Source: Acidimicrobiales bacterium (GTDB lineage: Bacteria > Actinomycetota > Acidimicrobiia > Acidimicrobiales > AC-14). From it: a DNA stretch of 64,000 nucleotides. The notes under the pieces are model-generated. The model had not been told where the DNA came from. It made no database searches and worked only from the letters and a program-made list of their open reading frames with translations. The stretch is taken from the NCBI GenBank assembly GCA_036264885.1, contig DATAQC010000047.1, positions 2,105 through 66,104 on the forward strand. Direction: 5' to 3'. Positions within the stretch are counted from its first letter, which is position 1. Each line of letters starts with the position of its first letter. A program made the position numbers and the translations under genes. Positions 41,761-49,934 of the stretch are shown here, piece after piece.

Positions 41761-43410
41761 TTACCTGGTCGAGCGCACCCGCTTGGCCGCCTCGGCGATC
41801 CTCGCCTTGGCCGCCGCCTTCTTGGCAGCGGTGTCCGGCACCGGCGCGGCGGTTTCCGACGCCGCAGCAGGAGGCGCCGCTGCGCTGCCGGCCCGGGCGC
41901 TCCTGGTCTTGGCGGCCTGCGGTGCCTGCGGCGGCGCCTTGGTCACCCGCCTACGGGCGGACGAGGCCTTGGTGGCGGGACTCGCTGTCGTCTTGCCGGC
42001 GGCCGACTTCCGGGGCGCCGCCCTTGTGGCCTCCTTCTTCGCAGCCGCCGCCTTTGTGGACGCTTTCTTTGCAGCCGCCGCCTTCGGAGCCGCCGCCTTT
42101 GTGGTTGCCGCCTTCCGGGCCGTCCCCCGTCCAGCGGACGCCTTGGCTGCCGGTGCCTTGGTGGCGGACGCCTTGGCTGCCTTCTTGGTGGCCGGCGGCC
42201 TTGTCGCCCTGGGCGCCGGCGTCGTCGCCGCCGCGGGCACCGCCCGCCCTCCGGCGGAGCGCCTCCGGGTCTTGGGGGACGCCTTCGCCGGACCCGCCGA
42301 ACCCCTGGCCTTGGGCTTGTCAGCCGCCGGCGAGGGCCGGGGCGAGCGGCTGGCAGCCGCCTTCTGGCGCTTCGTCGTCGAGGCCGGCCTCGGGGTGATC
42401 ATCCGGGACATGTTGGCGACCACGTCTGAGAAGTCGGCCGTGGCCGGCGCCTCGTCCTCGTCGTCGAGGTCGTCGTCGTCGTACAGCTCGTCCTGGTCGA
42501 CCTCCAGCTCGTCTTCGTCCTCGTCGAGCTCGTCCTCGTCGATCTGGGTGCCAGGGAGGGCCACCACGCGCCGGGAGGAGTCGGGGCGCGGGGGGCGGCG
42601 CGCCTCGGCCCGGGCCCGCATGACGGCCAGGGCGGATTCCGCCGCGTCCTCGTCGTCCCCCTCGTCGACGGTGGCCATCCGGGGCCGGCCTCGATCGCGA
42701 ACCGACCGGGGTCCGCCCCGCAGCGGGCTGGGCGGGGGCGGCTCCACTTCGGCGACCAGGGCCTCCCGCCGGGCGCGGATGCGTTCGAGCACGGTCCGGC
42801 CCGAGCCGTCCTCGCCCTGGGCCAGGATCTCCTCCTCGGCCTTCTTGCGGGCGGCCAGCCGGTTCAAGACGCTGGTGACCGGATCGGCGGGAGGTTTGTG
42901 CGAGGTTTTCTGCTGCCTCGCCTCCTGCTGCTCGAAGAACTGACGCATGGCCTGGTCGCGCATCATCTCGGCGGCGAAGGGGTCCTGGCGGATGACCAGG
43001 TCTTCGGGATCGGTCCCGAACCGGGCGGCGTGGTCGCGAAGGGCGAGCTCGGTGACCGACGCCGCCTCGTCGGCCGCCTCCTCGTCGTCGTCGTAGAACG
43101 GTGCGTCGGGCCCCAACGTGGGTGGGGGCGCCCCCCGCCCCCCCGGGACGCCCCCGAAGGCGGGAGCTCCAGGCGGGGGTCCGCCCCCCAGGTCGGGCAC
43201 GGGCGGGCGGAAGGGCTGCGATGCTCCCGCTGACCGTCCGCGCATCGAGTCGGCCACCTCGTCCAAGGCGGTAGGGGGCCCGCTCGGGGGCGAATAGGTC
43301 GGCCGTGGCCCCGCGGCGCGCGACAGGCGTTCGAGCTCCCGCTGGGCCTCGCGCTCGATCTCCGCCTTCGAGAGAGGACCCTTGGATTTGCCGAAGAGGT
43401 CCTTTTTCAC
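41761..43410 (-). CDS. Hypothetical protein with polyacidic block and Lys/Ala-rich histone-H1-like tail
   Basis: 549 aa. Contains the acidic run DEDELDEDEDELEVDQDELYDDDDLDDEDE, then about 190 aa of AKKA/TKAA-type repeats. I recognise no enzymatic motif. Confidence 0.6.
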   Translation of the reverse strand: MKKDLFGKSKGPLSKAEIEREAQRELERLSRAAGPRPTYSPPSGPPTALDEVADSMRGRSAGASQPFRPPVPDLGGGPPPGAPAFGGVPGGRGAPPPTLGPDAPFYDDDEEAADEAASVTELALRDHAARFGTDPEDLVIRQDPFAAEMMRDQAMRQFFEQQEARQQKTSHKPPADPVTSVLNRLAARKKAEEEILAQGEDGSGRTVLERIRARREALVAEVEPPPPSPLRGGPRSVRDRGRPRMATVDEGDDEDAAESALAVMRARAEARRPPRPDSSRRVVALPGTQIDEDELDEDEDELEVDQDELYDDDDLDDEDEAPATADFSDVVANMSRMITPRPASTTKRQKAAASRSPRPSPAADKPKARGSAGPAKASPKTRRRSAGGRAVPAAATTPAPRATRPPATKKAAKASATKAPAAKASAGRGTARKAATTKAAAPKAAAAKKASTKAAAAKKEATRAAPRKSAAGKTTASPATKASSARRRVTKAPPQAPQAAKTRSARAGSAAAPPAAASETAAPVPDTAAKKAAAKARIAEAAKRVRSTR

Positions 43411-43495
43411 CAGCCACCTCAGGTCGGGGACGAGTCGACACCGATCCTAAGCGAGGTGCCGGGCATCGTCCACAGCGCCCGCTGGCACGGCCATC

Positions 43496-43569
43496 GGTGG
43501 GGGCGGGGAGGATCGAACTCCCGACGCGCAGCTTAAAAGGCTGCCGGTCTACCACTGACCTACGCCCCC
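43496..43569 (-). tRNA. tRNA-Lys (anticodon UUU)
   Basis: The reverse complement folds by hand into a cloverleaf: acceptor GGGGGCG/CGCCCCC, D stem GGTC/GACC, anticodon stem GCAGC/GCTGC with loop CUUUUAA, and T arm GGGAG-TTCGATC-CTCCC. Only CC of the CCA end is encoded. Confidence 0.9.
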
Positions 43570-43749
43570 TGGGACCGGCGCGACCACTGGTGCGATCGTC
43601 CCATCCCCCATCGTAGGGCGATGGGCCGGCCTTCCTGAGGGCTGCCGCGGCCGGCGCCAGGCGGCGGGCCCTGACCCCGTCATCCGGGGGCCGAGGGGAG
43701 ATAGCGTCCGCCCTGTGTCCGGGCGGTCCGGACCGGGGAGGGCCGAGCC

Positions 43750-44046
43750 ATGGCCGGATTTGTGCAGATCATCGAGATCAAGACGTCGCGTATCGACGAG
43801 ATCGACGCGCTCGTCGAAGAAGCGGTTTCTCGCGGCGGCTCCATGCCGATGACGCGGGCGACCATGACGGCCGATCGTGACCGTCCCGGCTACTACCTCT
43901 CCATCCTGGAGTTCGACTCCTATGAACAGGCGATGGAGAACTCCAACAGCCCGGAGACCACCGAGATGTCCGCAAAGATGGCGTCGCTCTGTGACGGGCC
44001 CCCGACGTTCTACAACCTCGACGTTCGCCGCGTCGCAGAGAGGTAG
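43750..44046 (+). CDS. Small dimeric alpha/beta-barrel (ABM-like) protein, hypothetical
   Basis: 98 aa beginning MAGFVQIIEIKTSR and containing ...YLSILEFDSYEQAMENS. The fold assignment is tentative. Confidence 0.5.
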   Translation: MAGFVQIIEIKTSRIDEIDALVEEAVSRGGSMPMTRATMTADRDRPGYYLSILEFDSYEQAMENSNSPETTEMSAKMASLCDGPPTFYNLDVRRVAER

Positions 44047-44115
44047 GACGGCCACACCCGACGACGGCCCCGGGCCGCTGAAAGGAAAGGCCGTCAGGTC
44101 CCGTACCCTGGGTCG

Positions 44116-45741
44116 GTGCTTTCCGTGCAGGGTCTCAGTGTCGAGGTAGGTGGTCGATTCACCTTGGCCGACGCCTCGTTCACCCTGCATGCGGGTGACA
44201 AGGTCGGGCTGGTGGGCCGCAACGGCGCCGGCAAGACCAGCCTGTTGAAAGTGCTCGGCGGCGAGGACGAACCGGCGGGGGGAACCATCCGCCACACCGG
44301 GGGCCTGGGGTACCTGCCTCAGGACCCGAGGCCCCAGGGCGTCGGGCGCCAGGCGACCGGGTTCTCCCACATCCTGTCCGGGCGGGGCCTCGACAAGGCC
44401 GCCCAGCGCTTGGACGAGCTGCGCGCCGCCCTCGAGCACGACAAGTCCGACCGAGCCCTGGCCCGTTTCAGCGATGCCGAGGAAGGCTTCTTCGAAGCCG
44501 GCGGGTACGCGGCCGAGGCCCAGGTCCGCAAGCTGGCCGCCGGGCTGGGCCTTACTGTCGACCGGGTCGACCTGGCCATCACCGCCCTCTCCGGGGGCGA
44601 GCGGCGGCGCATCGAGCTGGCGCGCATCCTCTACGGCGGCAGTGACGTGCTGATGCTCGACGAGCCCACCAACCACCTCGACACCGACGCCAAGGCATGG
44701 CTGATGGGGTTCCTCGGCACCTACCGGGGAGCGTTGCTGGTGGTGAGCCACGACCTGCACCTGCTCGACAAGGCCATCACCCGCATCCTGCACCTCGACG
44801 AAGGTCGGTTGATCGAGTACCGGGGCACCTACTCGGAGTACCGGGCCGCCCGAGCCGCCGACGAGGAGCGGGCGGCCAAGACCGCCGGTCGCCAGCAGGC
44901 CGAGATCCGTCGTCTCAGCGACCAGGCCGACAGCATGCGGGGCCAGACGGCCAAGCGGGCCCGGGTCGCCAAGTCGATCGACCGGCGGGTCGACAAGATC
45001 CGCACCTCGGCGGTGCAGGGGCCGGTGCGGGAGAAGAAGTACAACGTCCGCCTCCCCGACCCGCCGCGGTCGGGCCGCATCGTGTTGGAGGGGGAGGGCC
45101 TCGCCAAGTCCTACGGGGCCACGGGGCCGGACGGCCCCGGCCAAGCCACCGAGGCAGCGGCAGTGTTCGAGGGTGTGGACGTCACCTTGGAGCGGGGCCG
45201 ACGCCTGCTGGTGATGGGCCTCAACGGCGCCGGCAAGACGAGCCTGTTGAAGGTCCTGGCCGGCACCACCGAGCCCACCGAGGGATCGGTTCGACTGGGC
45301 ATGGGCGTGTCGGTGGGCTACTACGCCCAAGAGCATGAGGGGATCCGCGAGGGGGTGTCGGTGCTCGACCATCTCCGGGAGAACGGCAACGCCCCCGACG
45401 TGGAGCTGCGCGCCCTGCTCGGCATGTTCGGGTTGATGGGCGAGATCGCCTTCCAGGACGCCGGCACCCTGTCGGGGGGGGAGAAGACCAAGCTGGCCCT
45501 GGCCCAACTGGTGGCCGGTCGCCACAACCTGCTCCTCCTCGACGAGCCCACCAACAACCTCGACCCGCCCTCCCGCCAGGCCATCGGCAAGGCCCTGGCC
45601 GGCTGGTCGGGCACCATGGTGGTGGTCAGCCACGACACCGAATTCGTCAACCAGCTGGCGGCCGACGACGCCCTCCTGCTGCCCGAAGGCACCTTCCAGC
45701 GCTGGAGCGACGACCTCCTCGACCTCGTGTCGCTGGCCTAG
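44116..45741 (+). CDS. ABC-F family ATPase (two fused ABC cassettes, no TM domain)
   Basis: Two Walker A motifs (GRNGAGKTS, GLNGAGKTS), two signatures (LSGGERRR, LSGGEKTK) and an interdomain linker are present. Confidence 0.88.
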   Translation: MLSVQGLSVEVGGRFTLADASFTLHAGDKVGLVGRNGAGKTSLLKVLGGEDEPAGGTIRHTGGLGYLPQDPRPQGVGRQATGFSHILSGRGLDKAAQRLDELRAALEHDKSDRALARFSDAEEGFFEAGGYAAEAQVRKLAAGLGLTVDRVDLAITALSGGERRRIELARILYGGSDVLMLDEPTNHLDTDAKAWLMGFLGTYRGALLVVSHDLHLLDKAITRILHLDEGRLIEYRGTYSEYRAARAADEERAAKTAGRQQAEIRRLSDQADSMRGQTAKRARVAKSIDRRVDKIRTSAVQGPVREKKYNVRLPDPPRSGRIVLEGEGLAKSYGATGPDGPGQATEAAAVFEGVDVTLERGRRLLVMGLNGAGKTSLLKVLAGTTEPTEGSVRLGMGVSVGYYAQEHEGIREGVSVLDHLRENGNAPDVELRALLGMFGLMGEIAFQDAGTLSGGEKTKLALAQLVAGRHNLLLLDEPTNNLDPPSRQAIGKALAGWSGTMVVVSHDTEFVNQLAADDALLLPEGTFQRWSDDLLDLVSLA

Positions 45742-45751
45742 GCTCGCAGCG

Positions 45752-46168
45752 ATGACCGACAGCACGACCAGCGACGACACGGGTGAGTCGGCCCGCTCCC
45801 GGCTCGTCGAGGAGCGCACCCGGCTCCAGAGCGTCCGCGACGGCCTCGACGACGACCACCTGAGTGACCAGACCGAGCAGGACAGCTTGTCCGAGCTCTC
45901 GTCGGTCGACCAGCACCAGGCGGACATGGGCACCGAGACCTTCGAACGGGAGAAGGACATCTCCATCCTCGAGGCCATCGAGTCGGAGCTGGCCGACGTC
46001 GAGCACGCCCTGCGACGCCTCGACGAGGGCACCTATGGCACCTGTGAGGCGTGTGGTCGTCCCATCGACGACGACCGCCTCCAGGCCCTGCCTGCCGCTC
46101 GCCTGTGCCGAGACGACCAGGAGCGCGCCGAGGTGGCCCCCGGCGCCACCGTCACCGAGAACGAGTGA
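45752..46168 (+). CDS. DksA/TraR-family C4 zinc-finger protein
   Basis: An acidic coiled-coil is followed by GTYGTCEACGRPI...RL.A.P.A..C. Confidence 0.8.
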   Translation: MTDSTTSDDTGESARSRLVEERTRLQSVRDGLDDDHLSDQTEQDSLSELSSVDQHQADMGTETFEREKDISILEAIESELADVEHALRRLDEGTYGTCEACGRPIDDDRLQALPAARLCRDDQERAEVAPGATVTENE

Positions 46169-46222
46169 GTTGAGCTGCTGAACGCGCGCAAGGCCGTCCC
46201 TCTGGCTGCGGCGGGGACCGCC

Positions 46223-47635
46223 GTGGCCGGAGCAGCCGCGGCGGGCCTCGTCCTGGCCGACGAGGACCGACGCCTGCGCCTCGACCGCCAGGCCCGGGTG
46301 TGGCGTCTGTCCGCCCGGCGGGCCGTGCACTGGTCGGTCATCAAGATCCGGGGGCGGCGGGCCACCGAGGCGGAGCGGGCCCGCTTGGAGGAGACCTTTG
46401 CCATCCGCAGCGCCCAGGACGTGGCCGAGGTGCTGGGCGGCATGAAGGGCGCCATCATGAAGGCGGGGCAGATGATCTCGTTCATCGCCGAGGGCCTACC
46501 CCCCGAGGCCCGGGCCGCCCTGGCCACCCTGCAGGCTGACGTCCCGCCCATGGCCCCGAGCCTGGCCGAGGGGGTCATCCGCGCCGAGCTGGGAGCCGAC
46601 CCCGAGAAGCTCTTCCTCGACTGGGACCCGATTCCGAAGGCGGCGGCGTCGATCGGACAGGTGCACCGGGCGGTGATGCACGACGGGCGCATCGTGGCCG
46701 TGAAGGTGCAGTACCCCGGCGTCGACAAGGCCATCCGCTCCGACCTCGACAACGCCGAGCTGCTCTACGGGATGTTCGCCAGCTTCGCCCTGAAGAACAT
46801 GGACGTGCGGGCCATGGTCGACGAGCTGCGGGCGCGCATGAGCGACGAGCTCGACTATCGGCTCGAGGCCCGGTGCCAGACCGAGTTCGCCGAGCGCTAC
46901 CGCGGCCACCCGTTCATCCACGTGCCCGACGTGGTGCCCGAGCGCAGCGCCATGCGGGTCATCACCAGCGAGTGGGTCGACGGCCTGTCATGGGCCGAGT
47001 TCGGCGCCACCGCCACCCACGCCCAGAAGCAGGTGGCGGCCGAGGTGCTGTTCCGCTTCGCCGAGGGGTCCATCTGGCATCACGGCGTGTTCAACGGCGA
47101 CCCCCACCCCGGCAACTACCGCTTCCACACCGACTCGGCCCGGATCACCTTCCTCGACTTCGGGTTGGTGAAGCGCTGGGCCCCGGGTGAGCTGGAGACC
47201 CTGAGCCCCATCCTCGACGCCATCCTCGCTCAGGATCCCGATGCCCTCATCACCGCCCTGGTGCGGGCCGGGTTCCTGCCCGCCGACCACGGGATCGAGC
47301 CGGCCAGGATCTACGAGTACTGCAGCGGCCCCTACATCCCGTTCCAGCGCGACCATTTCACCTTCGACTCCGAGTTCGTGGGGCGCACGCTGGGGCGCAT
47401 GCTCGACCTCCAGGGCGAGTTCGGCGACGTCATACGCCTGCTGAACATGCCTCCGTCCTACGTCATCCTCGACCGGGTGGTGTGGGGCATGAGCGCTCTG
47501 TTCGGCCGCCTCCAGGCCGGCGCCCGCTGGGGGGCGCTGCTCGACGAGTACCTCCACGACGGCCCCCCCTCCACCGCGCTGGGTCGAGCCGAGGACGAGT
47601 GGCGGCACGCCCGGCAAGCTACGGCAACGCCGTAG
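46223..47635 (+). CDS. ABC1/UbiB (AarF) atypical kinase family protein
   Basis: Contains GAIMKAGQM.S, AAASIGQVHRA and VAVKVQYPGV motifs. The start is uncertain. Confidence 0.8.
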   Translation: MAGAAAAGLVLADEDRRLRLDRQARVWRLSARRAVHWSVIKIRGRRATEAERARLEETFAIRSAQDVAEVLGGMKGAIMKAGQMISFIAEGLPPEARAALATLQADVPPMAPSLAEGVIRAELGADPEKLFLDWDPIPKAAASIGQVHRAVMHDGRIVAVKVQYPGVDKAIRSDLDNAELLYGMFASFALKNMDVRAMVDELRARMSDELDYRLEARCQTEFAERYRGHPFIHVPDVVPERSAMRVITSEWVDGLSWAEFGATATHAQKQVAAEVLFRFAEGSIWHHGVFNGDPHPGNYRFHTDSARITFLDFGLVKRWAPGELETLSPILDAILAQDPDALITALVRAGFLPADHGIEPARIYEYCSGPYIPFQRDHFTFDSEFVGRTLGRMLDLQGEFGDVIRLLNMPPSYVILDRVVWGMSALFGRLQAGARWGALLDEYLHDGPPSTALGRAEDEWRHARQATATP

Positions 47636-48414
47636 GCGGCTTCGTCCGCCGGTTCGCCTTCCCTCCCCGCTACGGGCGTGAGGAGCGGCTCAGCCTCGTC
47701 ACCTCTGACGGCGTACACCTCACGGGGGCCCGACTGAGCGGTCCGCCCGACGCCTTCGCCACCGTCGTGCTGGTGCACGGCCTGGTCCAGTCGGCCCGCA
47801 CGCCTCGCATCAACGCCTTCGCCCGCCAGCTGGCCGGTCACGTCAACGTGGTCGTCCCCGAGCTCCGCGGCCACGGGAGGTCCGGAGGGCTGTGCACGCT
47901 GGGCCGCGACGAGCCCCTCGACGTGGCCGCCGCCGTGGCCGCCGCCCCCGCCGGGCTGCCGGTCGTCACCGTGGGAATCAGCCTGGGCGGGGCGTCGGTG
48001 CTGCTCCACGCCGGTACCTACGGAGGTGTGGCCGGGGTGGTGGCCATCAGCTCACCAGCGCGGTGGACCACCTGGGACACCCGGGCCACCATCCGGGTGA
48101 AGCGCTACGTCGACTCTCGTACCGGGCGCCAGGTGCTGGCCCGGGTGCTGCGCACGCGGGTGGCCGCCAACCTCGACGAGGTGCCCGACGCCAGCGGCGT
48201 GGTCGCCCGCATCGCCCCGGCGTTCACCCTCGTGGTCCACGATCCCGCCGACCACTACTTCGGCGAGGAGCACGCCCGCACCCTCTACGAGTGGGCGGCC
48301 GAACCCAAGGACCTGTGGCTCCTCCCCGGCACCGGCCACGGCACCGATCTGTTGACGCCTGCCCTGGGCCACCGCCTGATCGCCGACCTGCGCCGCCGCC
48401 TCACCGGCGTCTGA
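47599..48414 (+). CDS. Alpha/beta hydrolase
   Basis: Contains VVLVHGL and a nucleophile elbow GISLGG. The start is uncertain. GTG at 47599 overlaps the upstream gene by 37 nt, while the track ATG at 47482 would overlap it by 154 nt. Confidence 0.65.
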   Translation: MAARPASYGNAVGGFVRRFAFPPRYGREERLSLVTSDGVHLTGARLSGPPDAFATVVLVHGLVQSARTPRINAFARQLAGHVNVVVPELRGHGRSGGLCTLGRDEPLDVAAAVAAAPAGLPVVTVGISLGGASVLLHAGTYGGVAGVVAISSPARWTTWDTRATIRVKRYVDSRTGRQVLARVLRTRVAANLDEVPDASGVVARIAPAFTLVVHDPADHYFGEEHARTLYEWAAEPKDLWLLPGTGHGTDLLTPALGHRLIADLRRRLTGV

Positions 48415-48434
48415 GCGCCGAGCGGCCCCACCGA

Positions 48435-48481
48435 TTCTTTTCGCGATTTCTAACCGCCGATGTTAGAAATCGCGAAAAGAA
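48435..48481. repeat. 47-bp palindromic element, copy 2 (perfect 20-bp stem, 7-nt loop)
   Basis: TTCTTTTCGCGATTTCTAAC-CGCCGAT-GTTAGAAATCGCGAAAAGAA. The arm is 18/20 identical to copy 1 at 14071-14117. It lies between convergent genes. Confidence 0.85.
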
Positions 48482-48498
48482 CGGGCCGGAGTCGGGGG

Positions 48499-48966
48499 TC
48501 AGCTGTTGGTCTTGGCCAACAGGAAGCCGCGGGCGCGCTCGGCCCGGCGGTAACGGTGGACGAGAGCCCAGAAGGCGGGCCCGTGGCGGGGCTCGACGAG
48601 GTGGGCCAGCTCGTGGACGAGGACGTAGTCGACCACCCAGGCGGGAAACCCGGCCAGGCGGGAGGACACCCGGATAACCCCGTCGTCGGGCGAGCACGAT
48701 GCCCAGCGCGAGTGCTGGTTGTCGACCCAGCGGACAGCGCCGGGGCTGGGCAGGCGGTAGCGGGCAGCCAGGAGCCTGGCCCGGGCGTCGAGGTCGGTGG
48801 CCTCGGTGGCCTTGCGACGGTCGAGACGGCCGAGCATCTCGGCCACCCAGCGCTCCTCGTCCTCCCGGCTCATGGCCGCCGGGATCCAGACCCGGACGAC
48901 ACCGTCGGTCTCCGAGGCCTGTACGGTCTTGCGCCGGCGCGGGCTGCGTATGACCTCGACCCGCAC
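48499..48966 (-). CDS. YgjP/DUF45-like (M48-type) zinc metallopeptidase-fold protein
   Basis: Contains VEVIRSPRRRKTV.A and the HELAHL zinc motif. I chose the GTG start at 48966 because the rest of the 405-aa track ORF is antisense to the MaoC gene. Confidence 0.65.
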   Translation of the reverse strand: MRVEVIRSPRRRKTVQASETDGVVRVWIPAAMSREDEERWVAEMLGRLDRRKATEATDLDARARLLAARYRLPSPGAVRWVDNQHSRWASCSPDDGVIRVSSRLAGFPAWVVDYVLVHELAHLVEPRHGPAFWALVHRYRRAERARGFLLAKTNS

Positions 48967-49077
48967 GGTGTGCGACGCTAGCCGCAGGCCATCCCGCTCA
49001 GAGGGCTGCTCGGGCCTTGGGCTCCAAGCACGCTCGTCCACGCCGTAGCGGCCGATCGCCGACACAAGGAGCAGTCC

Positions 49078-49932
49078 GTGGGGCTCGACATCGCCAAACT
49101 CGGGGCCCGGTACGGGCCGGACAGGGGTCTCGTCGACCCCGAGCGGGCTCTGGCCTACGCGGCCGCCACCAACGACCCAGGCGCCGGGTACCGGCCCGAC
49201 GGGTTGGTGCCGCCCCTGTACGCCGTGGTCCCCACCTGGGACACCACCATGGCCGCCGTGCACGACGTGGTGCCCGGCGACGCCATGGGCATGCTCGTGC
49301 ACCTGTCCCAGGACATGCGCTTCTTCCGGCCCCTCACCGCCGGCCAGGCCCTGGTGACCGAAGCCGAGATCTGTGGCATCCGCAGCCGTCGATCGGGTGC
49401 ATCTCTGCTGGTGGTCGTCACCAGCGTCGACGAGGCAGGCGATCCGGTGCTGCGCCAGTACGCCACCATGTTCATCCGGGGACTGGGAGGCGGTGAGAGC
49501 GGAGGAGACGAACCTCCCGACCACAGCGTTGCCAACGGGGCCCGTGGTCTCCTCGTGGCGGAACGCACGGTGCGCCTCGACGACGACCAGACGCTGCGTT
49601 ACGCCGAGGCCTCGGGCGACACCAACCGTATTCATGTCGACGAGACCTTCGCCAAGGAGATGGGGCTTCCGGGCATCATCGTCCACGGCATGTGCACCAT
49701 GGCGTTCTGTGGGCACGCGGTCATCGGCGAGACCGCCGGGGGAGACCCGGCGCTGCTGCGCCGCCTGGCCGTGCGCTTCTCGCGCCCCGTCCTGCCCGGG
49801 TCGGACCTGGTGACGTCGGTCTTCGCCGCCGGAGAGTCGTCCGACCGGCGCTGTTTCGTCTTCGAGGCCCGAAGCCGGGGGGAGGTCGTGATCAAAGACG
49901 GATGGGCGGAGATCGGGCCTCCGCCGGCCTAG
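49078..49932 (+). CDS. MaoC-family double hot-dog dehydratase
   Basis: 284 aa. The C-terminal half has YAEASGD.N.IH.D...A...G.PG.I.HGM. The N-terminal half is a degenerate hot-dog fold. Confidence 0.75.
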   Translation: MGLDIAKLGARYGPDRGLVDPERALAYAAATNDPGAGYRPDGLVPPLYAVVPTWDTTMAAVHDVVPGDAMGMLVHLSQDMRFFRPLTAGQALVTEAEICGIRSRRSGASLLVVVTSVDEAGDPVLRQYATMFIRGLGGGESGGDEPPDHSVANGARGLLVAERTVRLDDDQTLRYAEASGDTNRIHVDETFAKEMGLPGIIVHGMCTMAFCGHAVIGETAGGDPALLRRLAVRFSRPVLPGSDLVTSVFAAGESSDRRCFVFEARSRGEVVIKDGWAEIGPPPA

Positions 49933-49934
49933 CC

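Noticed and set aside
43496-43569. tRNA-Lys as an integration hotspot flanking a genomic island
   Set aside because: There is no integrase and I spotted no duplicated tRNA 3-prime end. The flanking genes have the same GC and codon style as the rest of the window.
43549-46032. 827-aa ORF on the minus strand
   Set aside because: It is antisense to the ABM-like, ABC-F and DksA/TraR genes. It would also run through the tRNA-Lys region. Its composition is that of a shadow ORF.
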